Below, piece after piece: positions 37,901 to 47,650 of a stretch of 64,000 bases of DNA. This DNA comes from a virus. Lineage: Duplodnaviria > Caudoviricetes. Location: IMG/VR virus record IMGVR_UViG_3300025410_000009. One strand, written 5' to 3'. The translations under genes and the position numbers were made by a program. Position 1 is the first letter of the stretch, and each line of letters opens with the position of its first letter. The notes under the pieces were generated by a model. That model was not told the DNA's origin, did no database searches, and saw nothing but the letters and a program-made list of their open reading frames with translations.

Positions 37901-40900
37901 AACCGACTCTCATTATGGTTTGATCAACATCGCAGATCGCGCCCTATATGATAGACCCCTTGGATCAGCGCCAGTTAGATTCCTAACACGCAACCCCGGG
38001 ACCAATATCGAGAACGATATCGAAACTGCAGGCTATGTCAACATCAATGATGTAGATGCCACATTGTTTGATGCATCAGTATCGTTTGCTGGTTTAAGCG
38101 CCAGCTTGGCCGACATTGTCAGCGGCTACAACATTTGGGTCGCTAAAGACATAAACACCGACTGGCAAGTGTATCGAGCCAACGAGACCGACAACGTGGT
38201 ACTGTCAATTGCCTACAATCTAGACTCGACTGCCAAAATAACCACAAGAAATCCACATGGGTTTGTGGCCAACGACACCATTGTCATTAAACAATTCAAC
38301 AGCCTATACGACGGATTTTACTCAGTCTCATCAGTGTTGGATTCTTGGTCGTTCTCGGTCTCGGTGTCTAGTACGATTTCGGCAGCACTAAAACCAAAAC
38401 CAGTTACTGGCACCGGCATCTTGTTCCAACTATCATCGGTACGCTTCAACAACCCTGGCAATATTGCTAGAGCAGTTCCCAAACATGGCTGGAAAGATGG
38501 CGACCGCGCCTGGGTTGATCGTGACGAGCAGGATCACTGGGCCGTATACCAAAAATCCAATCCTTGGAGTTATACCAATGCAGTATCAATCAGCCATGGT
38601 GCTAGAACCACTGGTGGCTTGTTTGGCGCATCATTGCGTATAGATCCTGCACAGCGTTATTTGATAGTGGGACAACCATACGGTAATGATTATGGGCGTG
38701 TTCGTGTGTTTGATACCACACAGAATTATCGTGAAGTATCAGTCTTGGATCCTTTAATCACACGCATTGGCGGCCTAGGCACCAGCGTTGACATAGCCAA
38801 CAATCAGCTGGTTGCTGGCGCACCAGGCACCAACTACTCGGTTGGTATGGCTGTGTTGTATCAGCTCAATGATAAATTTAGTTTTACTGCTGCACAAGCA
38901 ATTGTGAACCCCGACGGTGGCGGTGGTGCAAACTTTGGCTATTGTGTGACCATGAGCTTGGATGCTCAGTGGTTGTACATTGGTTGCCCAGGACTAAATG
39001 CTGTTTACACTTATAAATTTACCAATGTTGCTGACAACAACACTCCAGATCAATTCAGTATTGATGCAGCCCTGGCTGGATACAATCTAGTTTACAACAT
39101 CACTGATGATCCTGATGCATTGGCAGTTTACAACAACAATATCCTGTTGGTGCGTGATCGTGATTATGCCACTGACGGACATACCATAACACTATTTGGT
39201 GGTGCGCTTTCTAGTGAGTCTGGCAATTTCAATTTGCTGAGCGAAGACAACGATGAAATCGTAACCGAAGCTACTACAGGAGCACCAGGATTCCTAACAG
39301 TATATGCTAGACCCTACTTTAAATATATCAGCAAAATACAAGGCCCAGCTGGTACACAATTTGGTACCAGTATAAAAACCACCACCAATGGTGGAACAGT
39401 GGTAATTGGTCAACCAGCTGCCACAGTTAATGGATTAGTTGGCGCTGGTCGTGTGTCGGTGTACACCAACAACAATGGTACTTTTACACTTAGACATGTG
39501 CTTGCAGAAGAACAGCCCACTTATGCAGCCCACTTTGGAACCAGTGTGGACATCACTCATGACAATGCCAGCATCATTGTTGGCGCACCTGGATACTCAG
39601 ACCTAACTACTTCAGGTGGCGCAGTATATCGATTTGCCGTGTCAAGCCAATTTGAGCTAATACAAAAACTAACCAAACCCCTGCAGACACAGGGTGAAAA
39701 TTTTGGTTATCGAGTTCGTGTGAGCCCCAGCAACAATACCTTGCTGGTGTCAAGCACCACTGGCACTGTTGAAACCTACGGCACATTTGATGCTGGTAAA
39801 ACCACATTTGACCGTGCTGTAACTAGAACGCTGGATCTTGTGTACGGAAGCGGTGCAGTTTACATTCACGACTATTTGCCTAATCCAGCCGACAGCACCA
39901 ATCCCCATGGTGACTTTGTGTTCTCCAATGAATTCAATGCACCAAACATGCACCTTGGTGATCGATTCGGTAGCGATGTAGATATTTCTCAAAATACATT
40001 GGTGATCAGTTCAGCCTACAACAGCGAATACGGTGCCAATTCTGGTCAAGTGTATCACTATTCAAACCCCGCTGGTACAGCTGGTTGGAACAAAATTAGA
40101 AGTCAAAACCCCACTGTGGATGTGACCAGTATCAATCGTGTGTTCTTGTACAGCAATCAGGACAAGAGTACACTGGCCATGTTGGATTACATAGATCCTG
40201 CCAAGGGCAAATTGTTGGGCATTGTGGATCAGGACATTGATTTTAAATCCAGTCGCGACCCTGCCAATTACAATAATGGTACCGGTACTGACAAAACCAT
40301 TACAGCTGACTATTTCTGGGGGCCGTTGCATGTGGGTCTGGTCTGGTGGAATCTAGACACTGTACGCTATATCAATTACGAGCAGGCTGACCTAAGTTAT
40401 AGATTAAACAACTGGGGACGTTTGTTCCCGGGCAGCACAGTATCGGTCTACGAGTGGGTTGAGAGTTCAGTGCCGCCCAATCAGTATGCCAAATCGGGTG
40501 CCATGGGAACACCGCTGTACAGCAACAACGAATACTTTGTAGAAACCACCACGGTTGATCCAGCGACCGGCATCATTGTTACAAAATACTATTACTGGGT
40601 ACAAGGAATCACCACAGTGCCTGCAGGATCTAAGCGAGTCATGAGTGCCAGCAGCTTGGAGGCAACCATACGTGACCCAGCAGCACAGGGTGTGCCGTTT
40701 GCAGCAATACTGTCCGACAACTCAATTGGCCTTTTCAACTGTCAAAGCTATCTAAGCGGTACTAATACTGTATTACAGATCGATTATGATACTGTGTTGA
40801 ACAGCAATCTCTTGCACTCAGAATTTGAATTGGTGCAACAAGGCAACGGCGACAGTGTGATGCCCGAACGCATCATCAACAAGTTGGTAGACAGTATCTC

Positions 40901-43739
40901 GGGAGCAGATGCTCAAAGCAATCTGGTGCCAGATGTGCATCTACGCCCATCACAGAAAACTGGCTTGGCCATACGTCCTAGACAGACTGTGATACATGAT
41001 CAATTTGCAGCGTTAAAAAATGTTGTTCAATATGTAAATGCGGTATTTGCAACCACAACTGCAGCCAGCAAGATACAAAATGTGCAACAATACAGCAATG
41101 CCAGTTTCTATTTTAAAGATCCCTTACCCAGTGCTGCTGCATACGATTATGTTGCAGCCAATATAACCGAACTTGGGTATGTGCCGCTGGTGGCTGGTAC
41201 TCGTGTGCTGGTTGAGTCGGACAGCAATCATGATGATATTTGGACTGTGTATGAAATACAGGATGATTTGTCTTATAAATTGATTTACAATCAATCATAT
41301 GATACCACTAAACTTTGGAATTTTGCCACATGGTATGCCACTGACTATGATCCAGCAACCAAAATCACATATGTGGTCAGCACATATGCCGATCTTGAAA
41401 AAATAAATATTGTTGCCGGTGACATTGTCAAGATTGTAAATGCCGGCAGCAGCGGTTTTGAAATATTAAAATTCATTGATTCATCTACGACCCAGCTGGT
41501 TGCAATAGAAAATGGTACCCTACAACTGAATCGAAATTTATGGGACCTGTCAACCAACAATGTGGGATTAGACAACAGCCCATATGACTCTGTGACGTTT
41601 GACTACAACTTCTCGATTGAAGTTAGAAACATCATGCATGGTCTTGCCAACGATGTCTTGATCGATGATCTAAAAACCAATTACAATCAATTGTTGTTTG
41701 TGATAATCAACTACATCTTGTCCGAGCAAGTCAATGTGGATTGGATCTTTAAGACCAGTTTTATAAATGTTTTACACAAGATACGTCAATTGATCCAATA
41801 CCCAAGTTATGTCAAAGACAACACCGAGTACTATCTTGATTACATCAACGAAGTTAAACCATATAGAACTCAGGTGCGCGAGTATGTGATCAACTATGAC
41901 GGCATTGACAATGCCTACAGCGGCTTGTCGGACTTTGATTTGCCGGGATACTATGATACTGCATTGGCAGTATATCGCAGCCCAGATGGCACACAACCAG
42001 CAACCGACAGTGCGCTGTTCTTGCAACCACCATGGTCGGCTTGGGCAAACAATTTCTTGTTCTCTATATCAAGCATTGATCTAATCGCAGGCGGTAGTGG
42101 CTACACCATTACTCCACAAGTTATTATTCTCAGTACCGACAATTCAGGCAGCGGTGCCACTGCCACCTGCACCATAAACAATGCTGGCGCAGTGACCAGT
42201 ATTACAGTGACCAATGGTGGGCAAGGCTATCGTGATGCTCCGTTAATGATAATCAACGGTAACGGTACTGGTGCTCGAGCAGTGGCTCGTATGACCAATG
42301 GAAAAATACGCGGAATCACAACAACATTGAAGTTTGACCGTGTCAGTTATGATACTGCGGTGACCGAATGGTTGCCCGGGCACAATTATGCAGCCGGCAG
42401 CAAAGTCAGCTACTTGCACGAAGGTTATGTTGCTACCGAAGACTTACCAGGCACCGTGACCAGCTATATAACAGCCACAAATGATCAAACTGTGTTTAGA
42501 GTGCCCAACGGCTATTACACCAGCGGTGTTGCAATCAACGGTGTTGCAGTTGGTGGTATACAATCAGTCACAGTTAATGGCACACTGGTCACAGCCAACA
42601 ACTATACAGCCACTGACGGAGTATCTGTGGTGTTAACAACACCAACCTATTATGGTGACAATGTGACCATTGTTGCTTACAAAAATGTCAATTCTGCGTT
42701 TAATTTTCATGTGTTTAGCAAGATCAACAACAGCGATTACACCAGTGCAAACGATCGAATTGCTGCTTTGTACAATCCATTGCCGTCACAGATACCCAAA
42801 GAAGTTGATGCCGATGGTCGCATTGATCTAACTAGATTGATTGACGGTGTGAAATTCACCGGACATAACATAGACAGTGATCTTGTGGTCAATAACGATA
42901 CCAACTTGGTGACTTATACATTGTATGACAACAACAGCAACGGCGCTGGCAATATAAATCTAGATGGCGGCTCACTAAATTCAACTGTGCATGCTCCTGA
43001 AGAACTAGTTCCAGGGACCACATACGACAATTTAAACATGCGTGTGTACACCAATTTGAGTAATGGTACTACCGTGGCCTACAGAATAAGTTATGACTCA
43101 CGTCAGCAAACTAGATACAATGTCATTGCAAGAACAAAAACTACATATTTGTTAACAGACTTGAATTGGGACGACACCAGTTTTGAAGTTTCTACCGGAT
43201 CGGCATTGTCCATGCCGCAGCCACAAAAATCAATTCCTGGCTTGATATACATCAATGGCGAAGCGATATCATTTTGGAAAATAGTCGGTGGTGTTATCAG
43301 TAGAATCACTCGCGGCGTGGGCGGCACAGGAACTCCTGCAGTACATCTTGCAGGATCTGTGGTAGAAGATGCTGGTAGCACAACAGTGGTACCTGGTACA
43401 CCGCAAACACTTACAACCAAATATACATTTGATCCTGCAGTTGGGGTAGCTACCACCAGCTACACAGTAGCAACCAATTTAAACGAAGTCAAGCATCTTT
43501 TGTCGGTCATGATCAATATCAACAAATTGCCCATTAATGAATATTATACTGTCAGTATCCATAATGGTCATGCCATGATCACTTTCAGTGATCTTGCCAA
43601 ACAGGTGATTCCAGCAGGTACGGTGCTGATGCTAAATTATTACCAGGACCATGTGTGGATCAATTTGGGATCTCATGGCGGCTTGGCCACCAGCACTACC
43701 GATCAAGCAGTATTTTTGAAGAACAACCCATACAATTAA
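31938..43739 (+). CDS. Giant baseplate/adsorption protein (3933 aa) with an FG-GAP beta-propeller
   Basis: Uninterrupted ORF in the gp7 position after gp6; seven FG...GAP-like blades at about 38610-40030; GxGY...P repeats near 42080-42300. Confidence 0.7.
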   Translation: MPITRTLDFLPGIFRTETNKKFLSATLDQLVSEPEFTRLNGYIGRKFAPTYQAGDSYIAEVNSDRQNYQLEPSVVVKDSSNQITYYSSYTDLINIVSYYGGKTTNHDRLFESEYYSYDGKFDYDKFVNFGQYYWLPNGPDPIAIKSTLVASQETFGVTRNTGTNEFVLSGQPVPNPDITLLRGGLYKFQVSSPGTGFWIQTEPGVAGFKKSAPTVSSRVIAGVTNNGRDNGTIEFSVPASDSQDLYLKMPVVGSIDYAIDVPFAALDNLDWGDVVQNYNGLDGMTISPVNKLVIFLNINGDDAEWTRQDGSIVPANQRRGVWRVHLVDNRFTLQYVRDIPVNSKVYVRSGRTHADIEYYHDIINEFIPVPALTAQLDTLYYQDAADPGMYGRIRIVDEILDAINVTEFILGKPRYTSPSGVVFSNGMLVTFDSNTMPAQYANNTFVVEGVGTGITLTEFSRLVTPEVKQEGETVLQPDYFVCNRGSLDLNAWARGNRWFHSDIIIASAAANGTVPLFDQTARAKRPIIEFETNLQLFNNGRIGKRPVDQIVTSITDAFNQVEHYNKLTVGDVVFNVGDRVLFVNDIDPVVRGQVYVVAYGIKPDPTYQSIYDGTGTGTISVVGTAVTGTDTAFVAELQVGSCLYSPDSGIVIGVVAEIASDTELTLVSAGTATDSAFLYRNPKLQLLVSPDADDSLLEFDTIVATSGSNAGVTYWYNGTVWHVAQQKTAINQAPQFDAYDYNNNSYSTYLSSNFTGTSIFSYGVGSGVTDTVLGFPLAYSNGTGTIADISFVNNFDVDTFQYTVGKSLVKKSINLGYIRKNLDRYNFVKENVWNTVKENTKQYQIISNTFSTTNYFEIDVLPNTAATIPYIKVFVNNVLQDTANYRVTTVESINAVEILTTLAVGDKIDILIYSDSTSTLGYYQIPSNLDYNSENQSLPTITLGQIRNHMTTLAQNSFGLNGAAPGIHNFRDLNIKLQGGDLLQHSAPTIYASLFLIDNQANFVNGVDYARREYTKFKNKFVELATTMSGLDHNNVSASVDQILTTINQVKNNSFPWYYSDMVPYGQYTSTAYTVVTLLSKQYKISAIYDQTLLQSRAVLVYLNNRLLTKDRDYTFDPAKPAIYISDSVELTIGAKLEIREYNTDGNYIPETPTKLGLYPKFLPQIVEDDTYRTTINVIQGHDGSLTPVFGDYRDDFLLELETRIYNNIKANHDIAAVDVRSYVPGRFRTTDYSLAEFSDIIGSAFLKWAGVNSVDYTSNSYFSSSDPFTYNYQSATDKIYNQTLPGYWRGIYRYFYDTDRPHTHPWEMLGFSQMPTWWTDQYGPAPYTSGNLPLWSDLELGIIQAGERAGIDPVYARPGLSKVLPVDDQGNLLPPLGTLTLQFSTGKASQAFAIGDGGPAESAWRRSSEYPYALQQAVALMKPARYFATMYNTNEYYRHPTINQFVTTDTNRRVTPADITLNGEPVNGTVTRANGYVNYVLDYLTSLGISATTKVRAMLDNLSVQLTYKVAGYTDTGYLTVLAEQYSPTSTNASVVIPDQNYNIYLNKGVPTRRVAYSAIIVEKTTTGYSVRGYNTDNPYFIMIPSETAGPSYTITSGTVSAVIYQNFVPITVRVPYGQQFATKQQLVDFLISYQRYLIYQGFVFEDYSSDLGQTQDWALSALEFLGWTLQGWRPGSILVLSPCETKLTINTSFASIDEITNSANNSRVLDTNFNVIRTTELTVMRDFDINQTVIQSVTGRTIAFAELNLVQFEHVLVFDNIDIFGDVIYQPQSGSRQFRLKLIGDKTANWAGALNPPGFIYNSNRVDSWQQGLDYLKGDVVTYKNYYYVATQDIPAETSFTIAYWKLINKTDIKTGLLPNFANNAGRFIDFYDVDATTLNKQFNQYSSGLIGFRPRAYLDDLSVDHNSQIKFYQGYIKDKGTKNAVNALLNAEFNNLSSDVSYYEEWAVRVGEYGAQNTNQLVSMIIDESMVKSNPVGLAILAPGQTDSHYGLINIADRALYDRPLGSAPVRFLTRNPGTNIENDIETAGYVNINDVDATLFDASVSFAGLSASLADIVSGYNIWVAKDINTDWQVYRANETDNVVLSIAYNLDSTAKITTRNPHGFVANDTIVIKQFNSLYDGFYSVSSVLDSWSFSVSVSSTISAALKPKPVTGTGILFQLSSVRFNNPGNIARAVPKHGWKDGDRAWVDRDEQDHWAVYQKSNPWSYTNAVSISHGARTTGGLFGASLRIDPAQRYLIVGQPYGNDYGRVRVFDTTQNYREVSVLDPLITRIGGLGTSVDIANNQLVAGAPGTNYSVGMAVLYQLNDKFSFTAAQAIVNPDGGGGANFGYCVTMSLDAQWLYIGCPGLNAVYTYKFTNVADNNTPDQFSIDAALAGYNLVYNITDDPDALAVYNNNILLVRDRDYATDGHTITLFGGALSSESGNFNLLSEDNDEIVTEATTGAPGFLTVYARPYFKYISKIQGPAGTQFGTSIKTTTNGGTVVIGQPAATVNGLVGAGRVSVYTNNNGTFTLRHVLAEEQPTYAAHFGTSVDITHDNASIIVGAPGYSDLTTSGGAVYRFAVSSQFELIQKLTKPLQTQGENFGYRVRVSPSNNTLLVSSTTGTVETYGTFDAGKTTFDRAVTRTLDLVYGSGAVYIHDYLPNPADSTNPHGDFVFSNEFNAPNMHLGDRFGSDVDISQNTLVISSAYNSEYGANSGQVYHYSNPAGTAGWNKIRSQNPTVDVTSINRVFLYSNQDKSTLAMLDYIDPAKGKLLGIVDQDIDFKSSRDPANYNNGTGTDKTITADYFWGPLHVGLVWWNLDTVRYINYEQADLSYRLNNWGRLFPGSTVSVYEWVESSVPPNQYAKSGAMGTPLYSNNEYFVETTTVDPATGIIVTKYYYWVQGITTVPAGSKRVMSASSLEATIRDPAAQGVPFAAILSDNSIGLFNCQSYLSGTNTVLQIDYDTVLNSNLLHSEFELVQQGNGDSVMPERIINKLVDSISGADAQSNLVPDVHLRPSQKTGLAIRPRQTVIHDQFAALKNVVQYVNAVFATTTAASKIQNVQQYSNASFYFKDPLPSAAAYDYVAANITELGYVPLVAGTRVLVESDSNHDDIWTVYEIQDDLSYKLIYNQSYDTTKLWNFATWYATDYDPATKITYVVSTYADLEKINIVAGDIVKIVNAGSSGFEILKFIDSSTTQLVAIENGTLQLNRNLWDLSTNNVGLDNSPYDSVTFDYNFSIEVRNIMHGLANDVLIDDLKTNYNQLLFVIINYILSEQVNVDWIFKTSFINVLHKIRQLIQYPSYVKDNTEYYLDYINEVKPYRTQVREYVINYDGIDNAYSGLSDFDLPGYYDTALAVYRSPDGTQPATDSALFLQPPWSAWANNFLFSISSIDLIAGGSGYTITPQVIILSTDNSGSGATATCTINNAGAVTSITVTNGGQGYRDAPLMIINGNGTGARAVARMTNGKIRGITTTLKFDRVSYDTAVTEWLPGHNYAAGSKVSYLHEGYVATEDLPGTVTSYITATNDQTVFRVPNGYYTSGVAINGVAVGGIQSVTVNGTLVTANNYTATDGVSVVLTTPTYYGDNVTIVAYKNVNSAFNFHVFSKINNSDYTSANDRIAALYNPLPSQIPKEVDADGRIDLTRLIDGVKFTGHNIDSDLVVNNDTNLVTYTLYDNNSNGAGNINLDGGSLNSTVHAPEELVPGTTYDNLNMRVYTNLSNGTTVAYRISYDSRQQTRYNVIARTKTTYLLTDLNWDDTSFEVSTGSALSMPQPQKSIPGLIYINGEAISFWKIVGGVISRITRGVGGTGTPAVHLAGSVVEDAGSTTVVPGTPQTLTTKYTFDPAVGVATTSYTVATNLNEVKHLLSVMININKLPINEYYTVSIHNGHAMITFSDLAKQVIPAGTVLMLNYYQDHVWINLGSHGGLATSTTDQAVFLKNNPYN

Positions 43740-43756
43740 TCATGATAAATAATAAC

Positions 43757-44416
43757 ATGAATGAAAATCCCAAATTTGAACAACCGGTTGAAACCAAACC
43801 CGCACCTGTGCCCGATGAAAAAACAGGCACTTACATTCGCGGGCATATCAAAATCACCGACCCCGACACCGGGGAAGTTCTAATAGACAAGCCCAATGCA
43901 ATTCATTATGAAAATATAAGTCAGGCTATGGCCTATAGTTTGGCCAACAAGGGACAGAATTTTATATTCGAAATGCACTTTGGTAACGGTGGTACCACAG
44001 TTGATCCCACAGGAGTCATTAACTATTTGCCACCCAATGTTAATACTCAAAACAGCGACTTATACAATCCCACCTACTACAAAACAGTAGATGACACCAG
44101 TACTACCAATCCTGACCCTATCAATAACAAGATGCAAGTCATGCATGTACCAGGAACCACTTACACTGATATCTTGGTAACTTGTTTGCTGGATTACAAT
44201 GAACCCAGTGGTCAAGCCACATTTGACAACAGCTCAAATCTAGCAGGAACTTATGTTTTTGACGAGTTGGGCCTTAAAGGATATACCAGCGCTGGCCCAG
44301 GACTAGGGCAGTTACTGACTCATGTTATTTTTAGCCCTGTTCAAAAAAGTTTAAATCGTAAAATTCAAGTTGATTATACTGTGCGTATACAGTCATTGAC
44401 AAACCTAACAGGATAA
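43757..44416 (+). CDS. Baseplate/collar structural protein (219 aa)
   Basis: Start revised to MNENPK (TAAATA at 43746-43751); YVFDELGL and LLTHVIFSPVQKSLNR resemble tail-collar fibre attachment proteins. Confidence 0.6.
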   Translation: MNENPKFEQPVETKPAPVPDEKTGTYIRGHIKITDPDTGEVLIDKPNAIHYENISQAMAYSLANKGQNFIFEMHFGNGGTTVDPTGVINYLPPNVNTQNSDLYNPTYYKTVDDTSTTNPDPINNKMQVMHVPGTTYTDILVTCLLDYNEPSGQATFDNSSNLAGTYVFDELGLKGYTSAGPGLGQLLTHVIFSPVQKSLNRKIQVDYTVRIQSLTNLTG

Positions 44417-44420
44417 TACA

Positions 44421-45287
44421 ATGCCTTACGTAATTCGAAAGACCAATGGCACAAATTTACTCACAATACAAGACGGCTTGGTAGATAATTCTACCGCACT
44501 CAGTCTAATTGGTCGCAGCTATACCAACTACGGCGATCTCATTGCCGACAACTTTGTGCGCCTGATGGAACATTTTGCCAATACCACAGCACCTCAAAAC
44601 CCCATCGAAGGCCAACTTTGGTACAATACCTCCATGGGTTATTTTCAGTACTGGCACATAGACCCATCAACACAAAACGGGTCTTGGCAAACGATTTCGC
44701 GTATCGGATATACTGGCAGCGCGGGTGCCACTGGGCTTACAGGCTATGCTGGCAGCACGGGTGCCACTGGTGCAATTGGCTATACAGGATCAATTGGCAT
44801 TGGCTATACTGGATCTGCAAGTACAGCAGCAGGTTACACTGGTTCAACCGGTGCTACTGGCCCTATAGGTTACACTGGATCAGCTGGTCAAGCACAATTT
44901 GGTAATCTAAGCGCCCGCGGTCCCAAAGGACAAACAATAACAGGTCAACTCAACGGCGATATTGCAATCTCGCCCATAGGTGGCGGCAGAGTCGTTGTCA
45001 CCAGTGATTTATTCCCAAGCCTTGATCGACAAATAAACATAGGAAATGCTGGATTACAATTCAGTACTGTTTTCCTTAGCCGTGTTAGATTCACTGATGG
45101 ATCTGAAATGACCACAGCCAAGTCTATACCAGGCACTACACCACCCACCAGCTGTTATGGTAAAGACTTTGACCTACAGGGATGGATAGCAATTGATGCT
45201 AACTATCTGTATTATTGTGTAGCTGATTACACTGACGGCACTGAAAAAATTTGGGTAAGAATACCTTGGAATCACGACACCTGGTAA
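44421..45287 (+). CDS. Fibre protein with gp9/gp10-like anchor and collagen-like Gly-X-Y region
   Basis: N-terminal YG..I..NF..L.EHF..P.NPIEGQLWY; GYTGS/GATG triplets at 44706-44888. Confidence 0.75.
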   Translation: MPYVIRKTNGTNLLTIQDGLVDNSTALSLIGRSYTNYGDLIADNFVRLMEHFANTTAPQNPIEGQLWYNTSMGYFQYWHIDPSTQNGSWQTISRIGYTGSAGATGLTGYAGSTGATGAIGYTGSIGIGYTGSASTAAGYTGSTGATGPIGYTGSAGQAQFGNLSARGPKGQTITGQLNGDIAISPIGGGRVVVTSDLFPSLDRQINIGNAGLQFSTVFLSRVRFTDGSEMTTAKSIPGTTPPTSCYGKDFDLQGWIAIDANYLYYCVADYTDGTEKIWVRIPWNHDTW

Positions 45288-45351
45288 GAATTTACACTGA
45301 CCCACAGTCAGTAATACTAGCATAAATAAGTTTAAATGCGGAGCAAAAAGA

Positions 45352-46590
45352 ATGGCATATAATATACAACTATCTAATGGGACAGCACTAGTCACCATAG
45401 CCGATGGTACAGTTGATGTAAACAACACAAGTTTATCCCTAATAGGTAAAAATTTCGCTGGCTACGGCGCACTGATGAACGAAAACTTTGTTTACTTGCT
45501 GGAAAACTTTTCAGGAGCAGCACAACCAGCCAATCCTTTAACTGGGCAACTTTGGTACGATGCACAAAATCGTGTGATGAATCTGCGTACTGCCAATGGT
45601 AACTGGAAATCTCTTTGCTCGTCTACTGCATCCGCAAGCAGCCCGCCAGTTCCAGCCATTGGCGATCAGTGGTGGGATACCACAAATCAACAATTGTTTA
45701 CTTGGACCAGTACACAATGGAAGCTGGTTGGACCCCTAAATAGTTCAAAGACTGGATTAACCGGCGCCATTCCCGATGTTATCACCAGCACCTCAAACAT
45801 CGACAATCCTGTTATTAAATTTTATGTCAACGGCGTTATTGTTGCGATCTGGAGCAACATCGCAGCATATACTGCCAGCACCACATTGCCTGGATTCGAT
45901 GCCACAATTGCTCCTGGTTTGACCATGGCCAGTTTGTCGCCTTTGACCAACAACTTGAACGGTACTGCTGCCAATGCACTGGCCTTGGGCGGTGCTCTAG
46001 CTCATTATTTTGTACGCAACGATGATATTGACGTGCAAAACATTTTGGGAACACTATCGTTCCAAAATACCACTGCAGCCATTGAGCTTGCAGGTCCTGT
46101 GGCCATTGTTGATGACAACACATACGACATTGGCGGCCCCAGCAACCGTGTACGCACAGTATATGCAACCAACTTCCATGGTCTTGCCAGTAGTGCATCG
46201 TATGCTGACTTGGCTGAACGTTTCCATGCTGATGCTGAATATCCAGCTGGTACAGTGGTGGCTCTAGGCGGCGATAAAGAAATTACTCGTGTGGTTGATG
46301 AATTGAGCGATGATGTGTTTGGTGTTATCAGTACCAATGCAGCGTATTTGATGAACGCCGATGCTGGCAACAATGCCACTCACCCACCTATTGCTGTGAG
46401 CGGACGTGTTCCAGTTCAAGTGATTGGACCAGTTAAAAAAGGCGATCGTCTAGTCAGTGCTGGCGACGGTATGGCTCGTGCTGCTAATAAAAACGAAATT
46501 ACACCTTGGAATGTGATTGGTCGTGCACTAGCGCATAAAAAAGATGCCGGCGTTGGCACTGTTGAAGCAATTGTAAAATTAAGTTCTTAA
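45352..46590 (+). CDS. Fibre protein with the same anchor and a C-terminal intramolecular-chaperone (peptidase G2-like) domain
   Basis: N-terminus paralogous to the 44421 gene; YADLAERF...GTVV...VFGVIS...IAVSGRVPVQV..PVKKGDRLV; late promoter core at 45323-45328. Confidence 0.75.
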   Translation: MAYNIQLSNGTALVTIADGTVDVNNTSLSLIGKNFAGYGALMNENFVYLLENFSGAAQPANPLTGQLWYDAQNRVMNLRTANGNWKSLCSSTASASSPPVPAIGDQWWDTTNQQLFTWTSTQWKLVGPLNSSKTGLTGAIPDVITSTSNIDNPVIKFYVNGVIVAIWSNIAAYTASTTLPGFDATIAPGLTMASLSPLTNNLNGTAANALALGGALAHYFVRNDDIDVQNILGTLSFQNTTAAIELAGPVAIVDDNTYDIGGPSNRVRTVYATNFHGLASSASYADLAERFHADAEYPAGTVVALGGDKEITRVVDELSDDVFGVISTNAAYLMNADAGNNATHPPIAVSGRVPVQVIGPVKKGDRLVSAGDGMARAANKNEITPWNVIGRALAHKKDAGVGTVEAIVKLSS

Positions 46591-46602
46591 AGAGATAACA
46601 GC

Positions 46603-47649
46603 ATGACGTATGCAACTGGACAGGTAATCCGCGCAGCCGATTACAATCAATTGGTAATTGGCGCAGACACAGCCCCGCTCAACACCGCAGCACCCAGCAT
46701 AGGCTTGGTATGGGGCAACGGATTTGGCGCCCATGGGGTTGGCCAAGACGCCAGTTTTATACATCCAGTTTCGACAGGTGATGTAATTAGAGCCACTGAG
46801 TGGGACAACTTGACCGGTGTTCTACAGGCCATACGTGAACATCAAAGTGGGCCTGGTGCCTATACTGGCCCCGGCGCAGTTTCGGTAGGCAACGTAATTT
46901 CACCGCTACCTGGTCTAGGCCCAATCATACAATCAGCATACAACACTACAGGTACAGCATATGCCAACTCAGATGGCACAGCAAATACCACCAGCTACAG
47001 CGGCATATGGGGCTCAACTGGCTCTAGATCGTTGCACTTTACACAGACTGTTACATTTGCCAGTCCGGACCATGCAAGATATTTTTTCAATGCTGGTGGA
47101 CGAGTTAAGTTGTCATTCTCGCATGGATCTGGCGCTGCAACAGCAAGAAATTCTTTTTGGAACAACTTGGCTGCAGCGGCTGGTACTGTTATTGTAGGTT
47201 ACAACACCACCAGCAAAACTGGTGGCAATGGCACATTAGTGGGCATCCCAGGGCACCCCAGCGTGAACAGTTACGGCGGCTATGGCGGCTATTACTCTGG
47301 CGGTAACGGTAACTACTCGTTACCAGGTGCAGGATTTTGGTCCAACACCGCTGGTGTTTCCAGTATGCATTTTAAACAATACGGAACAACTGGTGGATAC
47401 AGCGACACAGCCGATTACATTGCAGTATATCTAACAGTTTCGGGTCCAACTGAATCATCGGGCGGCCTAGGTACCGCATTGAATTTTACCACAGTGTTCA
47501 CTAACGGATTGGTAGAAACACCATCATCGCAGGATGAAATCTCAGGTACTTCATCGGTGTCTTTGGTATTGAGTAACCCAGTGGCTACCCACTTACCAAC
47601 CGCTCCTTGGACATCAAATACTTTTAGTGGATCAGTGGCACCAGTCTGA
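46603..47649 (+). CDS. Gly/Ser/Thr-rich putative fibre/virion protein
   Basis: 348 aa; MTYATGQVIRAADYN, FASPDHARYFFNAGG motifs; last gene of the fibre run. Confidence 0.6.
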   Translation: MTYATGQVIRAADYNQLVIGADTAPLNTAAPSIGLVWGNGFGAHGVGQDASFIHPVSTGDVIRATEWDNLTGVLQAIREHQSGPGAYTGPGAVSVGNVISPLPGLGPIIQSAYNTTGTAYANSDGTANTTSYSGIWGSTGSRSLHFTQTVTFASPDHARYFFNAGGRVKLSFSHGSGAATARNSFWNNLAAAAGTVIVGYNTTSKTGGNGTLVGIPGHPSVNSYGGYGGYYSGGNGNYSLPGAGFWSNTAGVSSMHFKQYGTTGGYSDTADYIAVYLTVSGPTESSGGLGTALNFTTVFTNGLVETPSSQDEISGTSSVSLVLSNPVATHLPTAPWTSNTFSGSVAPV

Positions 47650-47650
47650 T

